A stretch of 64,000 nt of DNA, taken from contig OX597822.1 in the NCBI GenBank assembly GCA_951406725.2, forward strand, positions 46,252,001 to 46,316,000. Direction: 5' to 3'. Origin of the DNA: Octopus vulgaris (Eukaryota). The notes under the pieces are model-generated. The model did not search any database. It was given only the letters and a program-made list of their open reading frames with translations, and was not told the origin of the DNA. Made by a program: the position numbers and the translations under genes. Below, in pieces: positions 1 to 11,940 of this stretch (position 1 is the first letter of the stretch; each line of letters begins with the position of its first letter).

Positions 1-24
1 CCACAAACCATTCCAAGCAGTTTC

Positions 25-261
25 AAAACAACAACAACAACAGGCAAAGGCTACTACAACAACAACAACTACAGCAGTGACCTAAACAACAACGGCATCA
101 ACGATGAAAACAGTTGCCACAATATCAAGTACAACTACAAAAACAACAACAGCTACAATAATAGCAATCGCAACAACATCAACAACAAAAAGAGCAACAA
201 CTGCAGCAACAGTAATAACATCAGCAACAAATGGCAATTTCAACACAAAAACCATTCTTAA
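25..261 (+). repeat. Degenerate (AAC)n trinucleotide low-complexity tract
   Basis: Runs of acaacaaca/aacaac throughout. Frame +1 is open 1-261 (Asn-rich) but no start or splice site is visible. Confidence 0.7.
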
Positions 262-1059
262 TAATAATGAGAAATGTAAATGAGATGAAAAAAAAAATCT
301 TTATCATTATTGTCATAATCATGAAATTGTAATGGCCAGGTGAAGAACCATCAATTTGTGGGTTTGAGATGCTTTGGCACAAATCATTTTGGTGCCACCC
401 ATTTAGCATCACTGATTCGATGCTGACTTATTTGACATCAGGCATTTTAATGCTTCATTCTCTCTCTCTCTCTCTCTGTGGGTATATTTCTCTTCATTAC
501 GTCAATTATGTTCAAATAATATCTCTTTATGTGGATGAGGAGAGGGAAAGCATTTTCATCAATCGTGTTCAATTAATAAATCATAACATTACCCCCCTCC
601 TCCCTCCCCCTTTCAATTTGTACATGTATATTTCCGAGCACACGTTTGCCTTCAGCTCCAGACTGACCGTTCAGTCAACCATGCCAAATTAACCCGTGTC
701 CACACAGCTGCAGTCACTTGTCTTATTCCACAAATTTCTTCTTCTTCTTCAGGTACTGTGTATTACTAGGACAAATTGTTTTCACTACCTCATCAGTTGG
801 ATGTAGCGTAATTAAATCCTAAGTTAATCACATGAATAACGAGTCTTTGCACAAGTGTTTCAAGACATCTTACTTTTATTTCTCATGGAAACAGAGAATT
901 AAGACCAATGAAAATACTGGCTCTTTGGCTCTATGAAGGAGAAGAGAAGAAAGTGAGAAAATGTCATGAAAAATTAGTCCTGGGAAGTCGAAGATCTATT
1001 TCTTTTCATACAAAGAAGGAGTCTACACAAGAGTAGTGCAATATATTAGGCCCCATAAA

Positions 1060-1250
1060 GTAGGCCAGGTGAAATACTTAGCCGTATTTTGTCTGTCATT
1101 ATATTCTGAGTTCAAATTCCAGCGAGGTCGACTTTGTCTTTCATCCTTTTGGGGTCAATAAATTAAATACTAGTTGCATACTGGGGTTGATGTAATCGAC
1201 TGGCACACTCCCTAAAAATTTTGGACCTTGTGCCTAGAGTAGAAAATAAT
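1060..1250 (+). mobile_element. SINE family B (MetaSINE-like central domain), tail variant B1
   Basis: ttctgagttcaaattccagcgaggtcgactttgtctttcatccttttggggtcaataaa ... ccttgtgcctagagtagaaa; homologous to 54712-54925 and 57458-57673. Confidence 0.85.
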
Positions 1251-1321
1251 ATATTAGGTCCCATGACAAAAGTTAAGAATCAGCCCTAACTTGCACTGTT
1301 TTTTGACGCTTTTATACATCA

Positions 1322-1690
1322 GATGCAGGCATGGCTGTGTGATAAGAAGTTTGCTTCCAAATTACATGCTTCCATGTTCAGTCCTATCGCGTGGCACCTT
1401 GGGCTCTACTATAGCCTCAGGCTGACCAAAGCCTTGTGAGAGATTTCATAGATGGAAACTGAAAGAAGCCCATTATTTGTGTGTGTGTGTGTATCTTTGT
1501 GTCTGTCTTTGCTCCCCCCCACTACTTGACAATCAGTGTTGGTGTGTTTATGACCCCGTAGCTTAACAGTTCAGCAAAAGAGACAGTTGGAATAAGTTCT
1601 GGGCTCCATTCATTCGACTAAAAATTCTTTGAGGCAGTGCCCCAGTATGGCCACAGTCTAATGACTGAAATGAGTAACAGAAAAGATAAG
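1322..1690 (+). mobile_element. SINE family A (tRNA-derived, CORE-like), near full length
   Basis: Head tggctgtgtgataagaagtttgcttcc...ttcagtcc, central (GT)n, tail ccccagtatggccacagtctaatgactgaaa; matches 17265-17690. Confidence 0.9.
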
Positions 1691-1964
1691 AAAAGAAAGC
1701 AAAAGCAGAATGAGCAGAAACACAGAGTTGGCCAATCAAATTAACTGGTCTGCTGAGTCATATACATCCTGCAATGTGAAGACGAATGAATCATTAACAA
1801 GCGTTGTTAATATAGCCTCCCCACCCAGTCAAGCTTGATTGAGCAAACAGTCTTCAACACAAAAGGCCACATAAGATAATGTAACCAGGAATACACCTAA
1901 AGAGGGAATGGCCATAACTGGATTGTCTTTGTTCGTATGTTTCCTTAATCAAGATTTGCTACTC

Positions 1965-2190
1965 TTTCTTTTCTACTCTAGGCACAAGGCCTGAAATTTG
2001 GGGGGTGGGCAGTCGATTAGATCAACTCCAGTAAACAACTGGTACTTAATTTATTGACACCCCCCCCCCACCTGAAAGGATGAAAGGCAAAGTTGACCTC
2101 AGTGGAATCTGAACTCAGAATGTAAAGACACACGAAATACCTTTAAGCATTTTGCCCGGCATGCTAACGTTTCTGCCAGCTTGCAGCCTT
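1965..2190 (-). mobile_element. SINE family B
   Basis: Reverse complement of B consensus: aaggatgaaaggcaaagttgacctc...gaactcagaa...ctgccagcttgc. Confidence 0.85.
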
Positions 2191-2255
2191 AACAATTGCT
2201 ATTCTTTAGTGGATAAATCAAATATTGTTTTCAAAACATAGATATTATTTATGAT

Positions 2256-2814
2256 GGGTGTAGGAGTGGCTGTATGATTAAAGTTTCCTTCCTAATCACA
2301 TGGTTTGGGATTCAGTCCCATTGTGTGACACCTTGGACAAGTGTCTTCTGCAATAGCCCTGGGTTGACCAATGTCTTGCGAGTACATTTGGGAAATGGAA
2401 ACGGAAAGAAGCCTACCACAATTAGGATCAACTTCCCAAGAACATGCCATATGGTGAACTCTCCTCAGGTCACCAAGGTAGATGAGCACCAAATAAGAAA
2501 TACAAGGATTCCTTAAAGAAATCTCTCAGCACCTGCCACATTGTTCACCACCAGTAGCCTGTTCTTGCCATTAACCATGAAGCCTAGTGTCTTCCAGGTA
2601 ACAGTCTCACTTGAACACAACCACAGGATTATCCTGGCAGACAAAAGAGAAAATGGAAAAAAGGACACTACAACCAATGCTGATCAGCCTACCTTTCTGT
2701 TCAGCTTCTGCAGTCATGACTGTTTGTCCCATACCAGATTCATCAGGCATCAGCAAGCCCACGACATGGACATCCTCCCCCATAAATCTTTGCTTGCTTG
2801 CGAAGCCAACAAGA

Positions 2815-2845
<31 letters not shown>

Positions 2846-3095
2846 ATGTATGTATATGTGTGTGTCTCCTTGTCTTGACATTGTTGTAAATGTTGTAAAC
2901 ATTTGTCACTCTCATACAAGCATGTCAGTAATTTCCAATATTCTGAGTAAATATGCCTGGCCATGGGAAAATATTATCTTTCTTGAAAATAGATGAGGGT
3001 TGACAGTAGGAATGGTGTCTGTCCATAGAGAAATCTGCTTCAATATACCTCATTTGGTCCATGCAAGTATGGAAAAGTATAGATCAAAATAATGA
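2256..3095 (+). mobile_element. SINE (family A head + RTE-type tail) split by an RTE LINE fragment
   Basis: A-type head 2256-2415; second half 2815-3095 matches the uninterrupted copy at 29565-29970. Confidence 0.7.
2424..2812 (+). mobile_element. RTE-clade LINE 3' end (BovB/AviRTE-like), pseudogenised
   Basis: Translates with stops/frameshifts to DQLPKNMPYGELSSGHQGR*APNKKYKDSLKKSLSTCHI...LEHNHRIILADKR...CSHDCLSHTRFIRHQQA, ending taaatctttgc..gcgaagccaa. Typical RTE C-terminus and 3' UTR. Confidence 0.9.
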
Positions 3096-3553
3096 TAATA
3101 GTAATGGGTGATGGTTAATGATCGTAATGGCAGTTGAACTAAGATATTGTCGTTATTGTCATTGTCATCATCATCTGTAATTGTCCAGATCAGGTCAAAG
3201 TGCAAGTAAAAATATGAAAAGGTTACCATCTTTTATGTCAGTTATCTGCCTACCTTCAGCTGTGCCAGTCACACATTCCCAACACATGGTACTATTTGCA
3301 CCTAACTATATCAATGTGAACCCTATGGCAGGGAGGGATTTATTTCATATCTGTTTAACACCATGAAATTATAAATACTGGGAAAGGACATTTATACATA
3401 CAGGTACCTAAAGCATTTTGCATAATTCTTAGGTCAGACTACAGAATATTTTCTGTTTTAATCTTAACAATATGTAACATTCACCTATAATACTTCTGAT
3501 ATTATTCACTCTCTCCCAGTAACCTTAAACACATTTGAAACACTCATCAATTA

Positions 3554-3597
3554 TTGTTGCTTACAATTTTGTTGCTTACAATTTTGTTGCTTACAAT
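3554..3597. repeat. 15-bp tandem repeat x3 (ttgttgcttacaatt)
   Basis: Directly visible. Confidence 0.9.
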
Positions 3598-4009
3598 AGT
3601 AAGCTATACCTCTCTATGGCACCTATTTATTTCAACATGGAAAATTGTATTTTTCAAAGAGATTAAGGCAAAGTACTGCATCAAACGAGGGTGCCTGGCC
3701 TGTGAAGATGCATGACATACGGGTTCAGATATTAGACTTGTGATTGGTTAAGTTCAAGGTTTTGATTCCAACACCAAGCAGGATGTTACATTCTTGATCA
3801 AAACACATCATTTCACATTGCTGCAGTTTGCTTTCAATGGACTGGCATCTTGTTCAGTAGGATGAAGTATTATACTCTCTCAGTCAGTCACATTCCATGG
3901 AAACTAAGATAAGCTCCAGCCTAATGAGCCTTTACATTCATGTTAAACCCACTTACCCTACTTTTATTTACAGGCATAGAACCCATTGAACCTTGAGCTG
4001 GCAGCTGTA

Positions 4010-4312
4010 CAAATGTAAGGCCAATCTTGATGACCTGCAAACTAACCAAATACAGTGACCCATATAAAATCCTCTTTAATGACCAACAGGCATGTCTCCA
4101 GTTACCCAAATACTGTAGTTTCTTCCACTAACCTACAAACATGTACTTTACTGTTCAATACAATAATCAATGGATAATCCCCTTTAATGACCAATTGTTG
4201 TGTCTTCAGTGACCAACTGAAGTTCCCTTTAATGACATACAACCATTTCCAGTTGCCTAAATACTAACAAGAAGTTCCCTTCAATAACCTACAGGCATGT
4301 CTTTAGTCAACC
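4010..4312. repeat. Degenerate ~40-55 bp minisatellite
   Basis: Recurring (aagtt)ccctttaatgacc(aacaggcatgtc)ttcagttacccaaatac-like units; related sequence at 6310-6415. Confidence 0.6.
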
Positions 4313-4316
4313 TATT

Positions 4317-5068
4317 CAAGCGGTTCTCAATCTTTTTCGGCTTAGTGGGGTACTAGAGATAAAAAATTACAGGTGTAATGCACACGAGAAGTCAAAAGGA
4401 TAAACAAACAATATTTTAATGCTTAAAATTCACAAAAAATATAGAAAACTATTGCTTACCTTGTCTTACTAATAGCACTTCTGTATAACAAAATAACACG
4501 GATTTCAAGAAGCTCAAGCATTACAATGGATTTTTTTCTAAATCCTTACCAACCTGGCAGAAACTGCCTCTGGCTCTGAGTACAAATGTCTTGTTTTCAT
4601 AAGTTTTGAATTGAAATCTTCCACCAAACCTTAATTATAATTTATGTTCCTGACACTAGGTGAATGATAACTAAATTTTTTTACTACATTCTTTGTTATA
4701 TTTAAAATCAATTGAAAGAAACACAGAGCATCTCAACAGAAATATGGTAACAAAAGGGTTAACAAATGATTAATTTAACCCTTTCAATACCAACCCAGCT
4801 GAAACCACCCCTGTCTCTGTAGTACAAATGTCGTTTTCATAAGTTTTGTATTAAAATCTTCTACCAAACCTTAGTTACAATTTATGTTCCTAACACTAGC
4901 TTAATGACAACTAAGTTATTTTACTAAATTCTTTGTTATATTTAAAGTAATTGAAAGAAACATAGAACATCTCAAAATAAATACAGTAACGAAAAGGTTA
5001 AATCATGCCTTCAAAAATCCATAGAGGATCTAGATACCCTTTGCAGCAGACCATTTGAGAATCCCCAC
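4317..5068. mobile_element. hAT-like non-autonomous element hosting two piggyBac-type MITEs
   Basis: Ends caagcggttctcaa ... tttgagaatcccc resemble the cagtggttctcaa TIR of other hAT MITEs here. Confidence 0.55.
4541..4997. mobile_element. Two tandem ~220-bp piggyBac-type MITEs
   Basis: Copy 2 is TTAA|ccctttc...gaaaagg|TTAA (4779-4997); copy 1 (~4541-4758) ends aaaaggg|TTAA; bodies align closely. Confidence 0.85.
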
Positions 5069-5116
5069 CCTGCACAGTGAGCAATGTGAGGTCAGACTCA
5101 AGAAACTATAATTGAT

Positions 5117-5495
5117 ACACTTGTTTCAGTCATTAGACTGTGGCCATGCTGGGGCACTGTTTTGAAGCCAATTTAGTCGAATGAATCGCACCCCCCACTA
5201 CTTATTTTAAAACCTGGTACTTACACTATCGGTCTCTTTTACCAAACTGCTAAGCTATGGGGATGTAAACACACCAACACCAGTTGTCAAGCGACAATGG
5301 GGGAACTAACACAGACACAAAAAAAATGCACATACACAACAGGCTTCTTTCAGTTTCCATCTACCAAATCCACACACAAGGCGTTAGTCAGCCTGAGGCA
5401 ATAGAAGATTGCACTTGCCCATGGTGTCATGCAGTGGGACAGAACCCAGTCCTACTGTGGTTGGGAAGCAAACTTCTTACAATACCTGAGCCCAT
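5117..5495 (-). mobile_element. SINE family A
   Basis: acttgtttcagtcattagactgtggccatgctggggcac ... gttgggaagcaaacttcttac. Confidence 0.9.
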
Positions 5496-5652
5496 GTATG
5501 TTCATTTTTTATGTGCATTTTCCCCATACTGTTAAGATTTGGATTGAGACTTAGGCAGAATTTTATAGCCAGATACCCTTTCTGTCATTTTGAGTAAGGA
5601 ATATATTATTCCACTTAGCTTCAAAAGCACAGATTTGTAGGACATCTTTTAA

Positions 5653-5866
5653 CCCTTTGGCATTCAGATGACTCTATCAAATCTAACATTTATTTGCATT
5701 GTTTGAATTAACCATGCATTATCTCAGAACCTTAAGATCTCAATGATGTGATTGCTTTCTTTAGAATGACATTGTAGGGTAGGTGTGAGAGGCCAAATTC
5801 AGCTGGTTTGAATATAAAACAGGTAGAATATCTGGGTTGGATATGGCCAGTTTAAATGCTAATGGG
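5653..5866. mobile_element. piggyBac-type MITE family 2
   Basis: TTAA|ccctttggcatt...aatgctaatggg|ttca; further copies 8935-9154, 13800-13980 (partial), 14636-14765 (reverse, partial). Confidence 0.8.
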
Positions 5867-6059
5867 TTCATTGCCTTTGTTTATAATTGCTAATAGAACA
5901 AACGATGTGTAGTCTTCTAAATGTGTGATGGTTGTTATTAAGCCTCAGGTCAGCCCTGTACTACAAAGCAGTTAATTTAACCCTCATAATCCCATATTTT
6001 TCTCAGACATAGTTTATTCTTATTGTTTACAATGATAGCAAGTTGTGCCTCTTTATGGC

Positions 6060-6222
6060 ATCACCATCATCATCAACATCGTTTAATATCTACCTTCCAT
6101 GCTGGCATGGTTTGGATGGTTTGACAGGATCTGGCCAAGCAGAAGACTGCACTAGACATCTGTGTCTGTTTTGTCACGGTTTTTATGGCTGGATGCCCTT
6201 CCTAACACCAACCACCCTTCAA
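6060..6222 (-). mobile_element. SINE/LINE 3' fragment with RTE-type (ATG)n tail (family D)
   Basis: catcatcatc..gtttaa..ttccatgctggcatgg...ggctggatgcccttcctaacaccaacc; same as 18505-18670 and 58015-58280. Confidence 0.75.
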
Positions 6223-6589
6223 TAACCTAAAAATAGTGTTTTTTTCAAAAAACTAGAGAAGAATATTAACATAGATACCAGCAATTCTTTAAATGGTTCT
6301 TGTAGCAATGGGAAGTCAGCCCTGATTGGCCTGCAAATTAACCCAAACAATGGCCAATGTGAAGTTGTCTTTAATGACTGACAAACAAGCTTTTAGTTAC
6401 CCCAAAACACTGATAGCAGATGCTTCTAATTTACGCATGAGATCAATAATTTTCTAGGAGAGGGATTTAGTTGATACCATCAATTCTAGTACTCAAGTGG
6501 TACTTTATTTATTGATTCCGAAATGATGAAAGGTAAAGTTAAATCCAGAAGGATTTGAACACAGACTGGAAAGAGCTGTGACTATTGGG

Positions 6590-6940
6590 AAAAATGTTTA
6601 AGAGGTTAAGAAGAACAAACTCGAAAAGAGAGAAGGAGGCATACAAACAGACAGAGATATGCTTCTACATCAGCGGGAGCAGCTAAAACATGCAATTCAT
6701 GCAGCCTTCCTTCAGTAGTCCAAAAGTGGCCTAGCACCATACATGTCAGCATGGATGGTCATGGCAATTGAATCTACTGTAATAGTTGCACAAATGTCAC
6801 CCCCATCCCAACACATTTACTCAACATTAAGCAACAAATCACAATGGACAGGAACAGCACCAGACATTTCCCAGTTGCAAGATGAGAAGGACTCGTAAGG
6901 CAGCACTGACTCGACAAACCATTATCGTTGTCATCATCAT
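6590..6940 (+). mobile_element. Decayed RTE-like LINE 3' fragment
   Basis: Basic stretch then a TCNSC..S..GL..H zinc-knuckle-like remnant, ending in catcatcat. Confidence 0.5.
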
Positions 6941-8294
6941 TCATATATTCCTCAAATAAGAGACATGAAACTATGAAAAGCAGGTCCTACCAGACTCGAC
7001 CAACTAAGCACATGTAGAACAGTCATTTAGAAGGGAACAACACAAAACTGACAATATTTCACAAAACATTATAGTTATGCTGATAATGAAAATATGAAAG
7101 GTTTTATTTTATTTTATTCTATTTTATTATTTTTTTTTTTGAGAACAAAAGTAATGAATGAAGCAATGAAATTTAGTAAAACAGGTCTCACTCACAATCA
7201 GAGGTGTTCATTTTATTTTGGCTGGGCACTGTGAAATTTGGGGTCTCCAGGATCTGCACATCATGTATCGGCCACTGACTGTCTTTAATTTCTAGTAGAT
7301 GAGGAATTTATATATGAGGTGACAGCAGAAAAAAATTGTTCCTGAGATGACAAGAAAATTGAAAACAGAAAAGCAAATAATAGAAAGGGGGTGGGGGGAG
7401 ATGAACATTGAGTGAGAGAGAGAGAGAGAGAGAGAGAATGAAGCATTAAAATGTTATAAGAAAGAGGTATAAAAGGAAACAAAGGTAGATTCACAGACAA
7501 TATGAACAGGGAGAGAGAGAGAATGAGAAAGATGTTAGTAAAAAAGTGTTGAATTTAAAAAGATATGAATGCGAGTTCCATCCACCCAACCAGCCAGCCA
7601 GAACCTTGCAAAGGTGAGATTTTGACTTGAGTAAGAACTGACTTAGTGAATTTGCAGTTAGAAATCTGATGCAAAAAAATAATTAAAAAGTAGCTTTTTA
7701 TTTAAAGCACTCAAGATAATTTTGTCACCACCAACCAAATTTCATGTCTTTATTTTTGGGTTTCTTTTTTTATAATTTTATTTTAAATTAAAAGAAAGAA
7801 AAAACATGAAGATATTTTCTTTTGAAGGTAGATACAGGTTATTTCTTCATATATAATACAACCCATCATCAATGAAAGTAATTGATGAAAGATCAAAAGA
7901 ACTGTACCGAGATTCCAGGTACAGATTTTAAAACAATAAAGGTACACTAGAATAACATTCAACAATCAATATGTGTGTGTGCATATGTATGTGTATATAT
8001 GTAATTGTATAAATGCATGTATATGTACACATAAGTATCTCAAAACATCTGTGTGTATACATACATAAGTCTGTATATACAAGTGTGAAATTTGTATACA
8101 AATATATATCCGTGTACTTTTCTAGCTCTCTGTATGTGCATGCATTTGTATGTTAATAATGCACATATATACATATATATAATATATAATAATATACACA
8201 CATACATAATCAATATTATTATTAAGAAAAATAATTTTAAATCTTTTAAAGATTTTTGAAAGAAATATTTTGAGTTGTTTTAGCTGTATTCCCA

Positions 8295-8420
8295 TGTGTG
8301 TGTGTGTGTGTGTGTATAGGTATAGAGGTATGTGTATATGCTCACACACATATACATTTATATATATATACACATGCATATACATACACACACATATACA
8401 CATATATATAAATAAATATA

Positions 8421-8464
<44 letters not shown>

Positions 8465-8485
8465 TATACATATATACATATACAT

Positions 8486-8520
<35 letters not shown>

Positions 8521-8580
8521 ATGTATATATGTACATACATGTTCATACACATATACACATTCCTACACATGTACATACAC
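8295..8580. repeat. Compound (GT)n/(TA)n/(CA)n microsatellite
   Basis: Directly visible; source of the YIYI/THTH ORFs. Confidence 0.95.
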
Positions 8581-8934
8581 AGAACCCAATTTACAGGTGC
8601 ATTAGAATATAAAAGTAATTCAAGAAATAGTGCCATAATACCATTAATCAAAACAAGTCAAATCTTAACAGCAGCAAGAACAACAACAAGACCATAGCTA
8701 TCTGACATAGGCACGAGATCTTAGTTTTATTTAATTAGAGATATTGCAATTTTTGATTTTCATGATGGAAATAAGTAAAACAGTGCCAGCAGCACCGAGA
8801 AACTAATTTGCACAGTTTTGTATGGAACTTCTCAGCTTAACATAAGATACATCATGAAAACTACCTACAACAATACTTGCCATGGTAATAACAATGATGG
8901 CTTCTAACATATTTTTATAATTTGTTTTAATTAA

Positions 8935-9154
8935 CCCATTAGCATTCACATTATGGTGTCAAGTGCAATACTTATTTATTCACATTGTTTTGTATTAATC
9001 ATTCATTATTCTGTAGCTTTGAGATTTTTATGAGGTAACTTGATTTTTAGAATGATATTGTAGGGTTGGTGTAACAAGCTAGATCTGACTAGTTTGAGCA
9101 TAAAACAGGTAGAATATTTGGCTCGATATGGCCAGTTTTTTAAATGCTAAACGG
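8935..9154. mobile_element. piggyBac-type MITE family 2
   Basis: TTAA|cccattagcatt...aatgctaaacgg; aligns to 5653-5866. Confidence 0.8.
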
Positions 9155-9756
9155 TCAAAGGAAGAAGTGGGCAGAACCCATGATGTTTTACAGAGTTTCC
9201 AAAATTTGGCATGGAAAAGTAACCAAGAAGCATGTGGCCGTTAAACTCATGTAATGATTTTGGTCCATCATCCAAGAAAAGATACAATCTACCTGATGGA
9301 TTTCCATTCTATTTCCATCTCCTCAATTTAATTCATAAAACAAAGATTAGTCCAAGACTATTATAGTATTTACCCAGTGCCGTGGCATCAAACTAAAACT
9401 ATGTGACACTTACTTTCTAAACCATACAACACAGCACAATAATAGAAAGGGGGTGGGGGAGATGAAATATTGAGTGAGAGAGAGAGAGGGTCCTTATAAG
9501 ATATTCTTGTTAAAAGTTATGTATAATAAATTGGCTATAATTCTACAATGCATACAGTATTTTAATTTTTTTTAAACAATTCTTAATATTTAAGATACAG
9601 TAAGATTTTTTTATATACAGCAAATATCTATGGAGTAAAATATGAACTAAAGGGGTCCATAGGCAAAAAATGGTTGAGAACCACTGCACTACAGTTACAA
9701 GACCACAAAACCTGGTGATGGGGGATATAGAATTTAAAAAATCCTAATACTAAATG

Positions 9757-10060
9757 TGGAGGCATATGGCCTAGTGGTTAGAGCAGCGGACTTGCAGTCG
9801 AAGGATTGCAGGTTCGAATCTCAGACTGGGCGATCTGTGTGTTTATGAGCGAAGGACCTAAGCTCCACATGGCTCTGGCAGAAGGTAATGGTGAACTTCT
9901 GTTGACTCTTTTACCACAACTTTCTCTCACTCTATCCTCCTGCATCTAGCAGCTCACCTGCAATGGACCAGCGTCCCATAAAGGTAGGGAACCTATACGC
10001 CAATGACACCGGGAAACCAGCCCTTATGAACCAGGCATGGCTCAAGAAGGAACAAACAAG
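9757..10060 (+). mobile_element. SINE family C (tRNA-derived head), tail variant 1
   Basis: A box tggcctagtggtt, B box ggttcgaatc, body ccacaactttctctcactct shared with 30042 and 61396 copies. Confidence 0.85.
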
Positions 10061-10597
10061 AATACTGAATGGGTGCTTTAATCTATTGACCACCAGAAGC
10101 ATAAAGAGTAAAGCTTGAACCCAAAGTGTGAAGGATGGCCCTACACAGACATGAAATAATCTTGAAAGCATAGTTGATTAAACAGACTTCAGTATATGAA
10201 AGGTAATTTACTTTATTAAACCCAGATGGATGAAAGGAGTAACCCCTATATGATGTGAATTTAAGACAAAAATAAATATTGCATGGTAGTAAAAAAAACT
10301 CTAGGGAGGGCTGAACAGCAGAAGATCTTCAAAAAGACATCGTAACCCTCCTGGGTGGTTAAGGCTTGCACCTATGTCATTCTTGTGCTTTTCTTTTTTC
10401 TTTTTCTTTTACTTATTGACTTATGCAAGTATAGAAAAGTAGACATTATGATGATGATGAGTTTGGAAAAAGGGGATGGAGCCCATAACCCCTTACAGGA
10501 CTGGCATCAACATTAACAACATCGAAATCTCACTTCACATATCCGCATCATAAAATTTATCCTTCACTGTTCAACGATTGTATAATAATAATAATAA

Positions 10598-10822
10598 TGG
10601 TTTCAAATTTTGTGACATGGGCAGCAGTTTTGGGGGAGGGGATGAGTTGATTACATTGACCCCAGTATACAACTGGTACTTAATATTATCAACCCTGAAA
10701 GGATGAAAGGTAAAGTTGACCTCGGTGGAATTTGAACTCAGAACATAGTGACAGACAAAACACTGAACCCGGAACCATGTGGTTCGTTAGCAAGCTACTT
10801 ACCACACAGCCACTCCTATGCC
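10598..10822 (-). mobile_element. Chimeric SINE: family A head joined to family B body
   Basis: B body 10598-10760 abuts A head actgaacccggaaccatgtggtt...cacacagccactcc. Confidence 0.75.
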
Positions 10823-10996
10823 TAATGATAACAAAGAGATTATAATAAACGGCAATAATAGAAAATAACAACAAAAAGGATCCCCAAAATGAGATGGAAG
10901 AGCAATCACACAGCGTGATTTGGGGCACCCTACACACAATACTCAACTCAAAAAGAGTGCCTTCTCTCAGTTCTTGCTACCAGCATACTACATCGT

Positions 10997-11343
10997 TGTG
11001 ACACTCCGTTGGTTACGACGACAAGGGTTCTAGTTTATCTGATCAACAGAACAGCCTGCTCATGAAAGTAATGTGCAAGTGGCTGAGCACACCACAGACA
11101 CGTGTACTCTTAATGTAGTTCTTGGGAAGATTCAGCATGACACAGGTACGACAGAAACAAGAAAGAGTGAGAGAAAGTTGTGGTGAAAGAGTACAGCAGG
11201 GTTCGCTACCACCCACTGCCGGAGCCTCATGGCTTTATGTGTTTCCGCTCAGTAAACACTCACAACAACCAGTCTGGGAATCAAAACCGCAATGTTACAA
11301 CTGCGAGTCTGCTGCCCTAACCACTGGGCCATTGCGCCTCCAT
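10997..11343 (-). mobile_element. SINE family C, tail variant 2
   Basis: Reverse complement of 30042-30400 (ctgccctaaccactgggccattgcgcctcca; cactccgttggttacgacgac). Confidence 0.85.
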
Positions 11344-11544
11344 ACTACAACATAGAAAAGGCCCATTTCTTCTTCTTAAATCTTTTAACTGTATATGAAG
11401 TTTAGGGTGCCAACAAGAGACCTCTATCTGTCTCCATCTTTGACAATGGACTGCAGCTGTTCCCAGACAGTGCTTCAGATTCTATGGACCTTCTGCATGT
11501 TGTTTTTGGTCTGCAACACTTCCATTTTCCTTGGGGTGACCACT

Positions 11545-11940
11545 GGAGGGCTTGCCTTCTAATGTTGGAGAGAAATATAGGATTGACTAGAGGGGCAGGG
11601 GTTGCGGTAGACATGTGAGGGCATTGAGGGCAATAGCAGATAAGTGAGATGTTAATGATGGAGAACAGCACAGAGGACAAAAGGTGCAGAAAGGAGGTGA
11701 TTAGTGGAGACAGTAGGGAGGTAAAGATAATAGTTATTGGAAAGGGTTGGAGATGGGGGAGGTAACTGAGAAAGCTGGGGAATGCAGTATGTGCATATTC
11801 TGCTCTCAATACAGAAGTGATGGGTGTTAGATGAAATGTGGAGAGAAAAGGTTGATGGGGCTGAGAGGATGCAGGTGAAGATGGGGCAGAGCCCCTCATG
11901 AACAAGCATTACCAGAGTGGTTTTAGGATATCTGGTACCT
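11545..11940 (-). mobile_element. Probable Penelope-like element N-terminal relic
   Basis: Fragments LVHEGLCPIFT..SNTHHFC..RICTY and FLSNIRRQALQ resemble the LSKGL.F.PT / D...F.RR.RL..F / SNL...E..AL motifs preceding PLE RT; heavily decayed. Confidence 0.4.

Noticed and set aside
1-261. Open Asn-rich frame +1 as a terminal coding exon
   Set aside because: (AAC)n-derived sequence is naturally stop-poor; no start, acceptor or domain visible. Cannot be excluded without upstream sequence.
762-800. Minus-strand CTGATGA ggtagt GAAA acaatttgt C hammerhead-like string
   Set aside because: No real stem II, an extra A in the core and unpaired stem I; compatible with chance.
4459-4479. 21-nt minus-strand microexon (acag|...AAG|gtaagc)
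   Set aside because: Lies inside a hAT-like element, has a weak pyrimidine tract and no coding context.
9757-9830. tRNA gene (also 30042, 61630-61705, 26490-26562)
   Set aside because: A/B boxes run directly into SINE bodies or lack a full cloverleaf; these are tRNA-derived heads.
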